This document shows, piece after piece, positions 62,980 through 64,000 of a stretch of DNA of 64,000 bases. Position 1 is the stretch's first letter, and every line of letters starts with the position of its first letter. The stretch is from the human T2T-CHM13v2.0 reference genome, Homo sapiens, in assembly GCF_009914755.1 (NCBI RefSeq), contig NC_060931.1; one strand, given 5' to 3'. Under the pieces are notes generated by a model. That model had not been told where the DNA came from and did no database searches. It saw nothing but the letters and a program-made list of their open reading frames with translations. The translations under genes and the position numbers were made by a program.

Positions 62980-63900
62980 AATGTTCAAGGATACCTTGCC
63001 CCACAGCCTCGTCCACAGAATATATTGTCACTGTTTGGATTTTTGCCAACCTGACAGGTGAGATAGTATCTCAGTGCCACTTCTCATTATCAGCAAGGCT
63101 GAGTAGCTTTTCACATGGTTAAGTGGCCTGTACAGATTTTTTTAAATAATTTTAGAATGGTTTTAGATTTATGGAAAAGTTCCTAATAGAGTTCCTATGG
63201 ACCCACACTTTCTCCAATTGTTAACATCTTACATTACTATGGCACACTTGTGACAATAATGAAACCATGTGGACAATTACTATGAACTCAACTTCTTTAT
63301 TTGGATTTCATGAGTTTTTCGGATATCCTTTTTCTGTTCCAGGATACTATCCAAGATATCACATTACATTCACTTGTCACATCTCCTTAGACTCCTCTGG
63401 TCTATGACAGTTTCTTAGACTTTTCTTGTTGTTGGTCTTGATGGTTTTGAGGAATACTGGCCATTTTTTAAAGCATGTCCCCCAGTTTGGGCTTATCTGA
63501 TGTATTTCTCATTTGTTTTTAGAGATAGGGTCTTTGTGTTGCCCAGGCTGGAGTGCCATGGTGCAACCTTGAACTCCTGGGCTCAGATGATCCTCCCACG
63601 TAGCTGGGACTACGGGTGCACACCACCACACCTGGCTTTTTTTTTTTGAGACCTGGTCTCAATATATTGCCCAGGCTGGTCTCAAACTCCTGGCCTCAAG
63701 TGATCTTCCCACCGTGGCCTCCCAAACAGCTGAGATTACAGGTGTGAACCACTGTGCCCCGCCTGTTTCTCATGGTTTTTGTATGGAAGACCACAGAGGT
63801 GAAGCATCATTCCCACTACATCATATCAAGGGTGCATACTATTAACCTGATTTATCACTGTTTCTGACTGAGGTAGTGATAGGTTCCTCTATCATAGTTA
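62980..63900 (-). mobile_element. Old L1 fragments with a degraded Alu (~63515-63763)
   Basis: L1M-like 3' sequence and antisense Alu motifs. Confidence 0.6.
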
Positions 63901-64000
63901 CTCTTCATCCTCCCTGATCTATATGTACACAGGTACCGTGGTTTTAGTATTATTCACCTGCATCCTCTTAAACTTCACCAACTAGAGTACAGTGATTACG

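Noticed and set aside
62970-64000. TNPO3 3' end
   Set aside because: No exon evidence; only L1/Alu sequence, and the gene is expected beyond the right edge

Overview
Human (Alu-rich primate) genomic DNA from the KCP-IRF5 interval of 7q32.1. The left part holds the 5' portion of KCP (kielin/chordin-like protein, minus strand, ATG at 23602). It has 23 in-phase coding exons (866 codons) plus one alternative exon and runs off the left edge. One intron carries a MER41A provirus. The right part holds the complete IRF5 gene (plus strand). Its alternative first exons (LOR1a LTR, 1D, 1A, 1B, 1C) lead into coding exons 55008-61707, giving 504 aa. This allele has 3x CGGGG, G at the exon-1B donor SNP, the exon-6 30-bp deletion and the proximal AATAAA. 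The most unusual structure is a ~6 kb mosaic (25270-31200) of three local duplications, each inverted relative to its source: FLNC last three exons (pseudogene), a copy of the IRF5 promoter CpG island, and a KCP intron segment with one exon. On the minus strand the IRF5 promoter copy keeps its 1D, 1A and 1B splice donors and its NF-kB sites. It sits directly upstream of the FLNC exons and then KCP, so it is a candidate chimeric transcription unit. The repeat arms show patchy identity consistent with old duplication plus later gene conversion. Repeat subfamily and SNP names are from recall, not database searches; identities are by-eye estimates.
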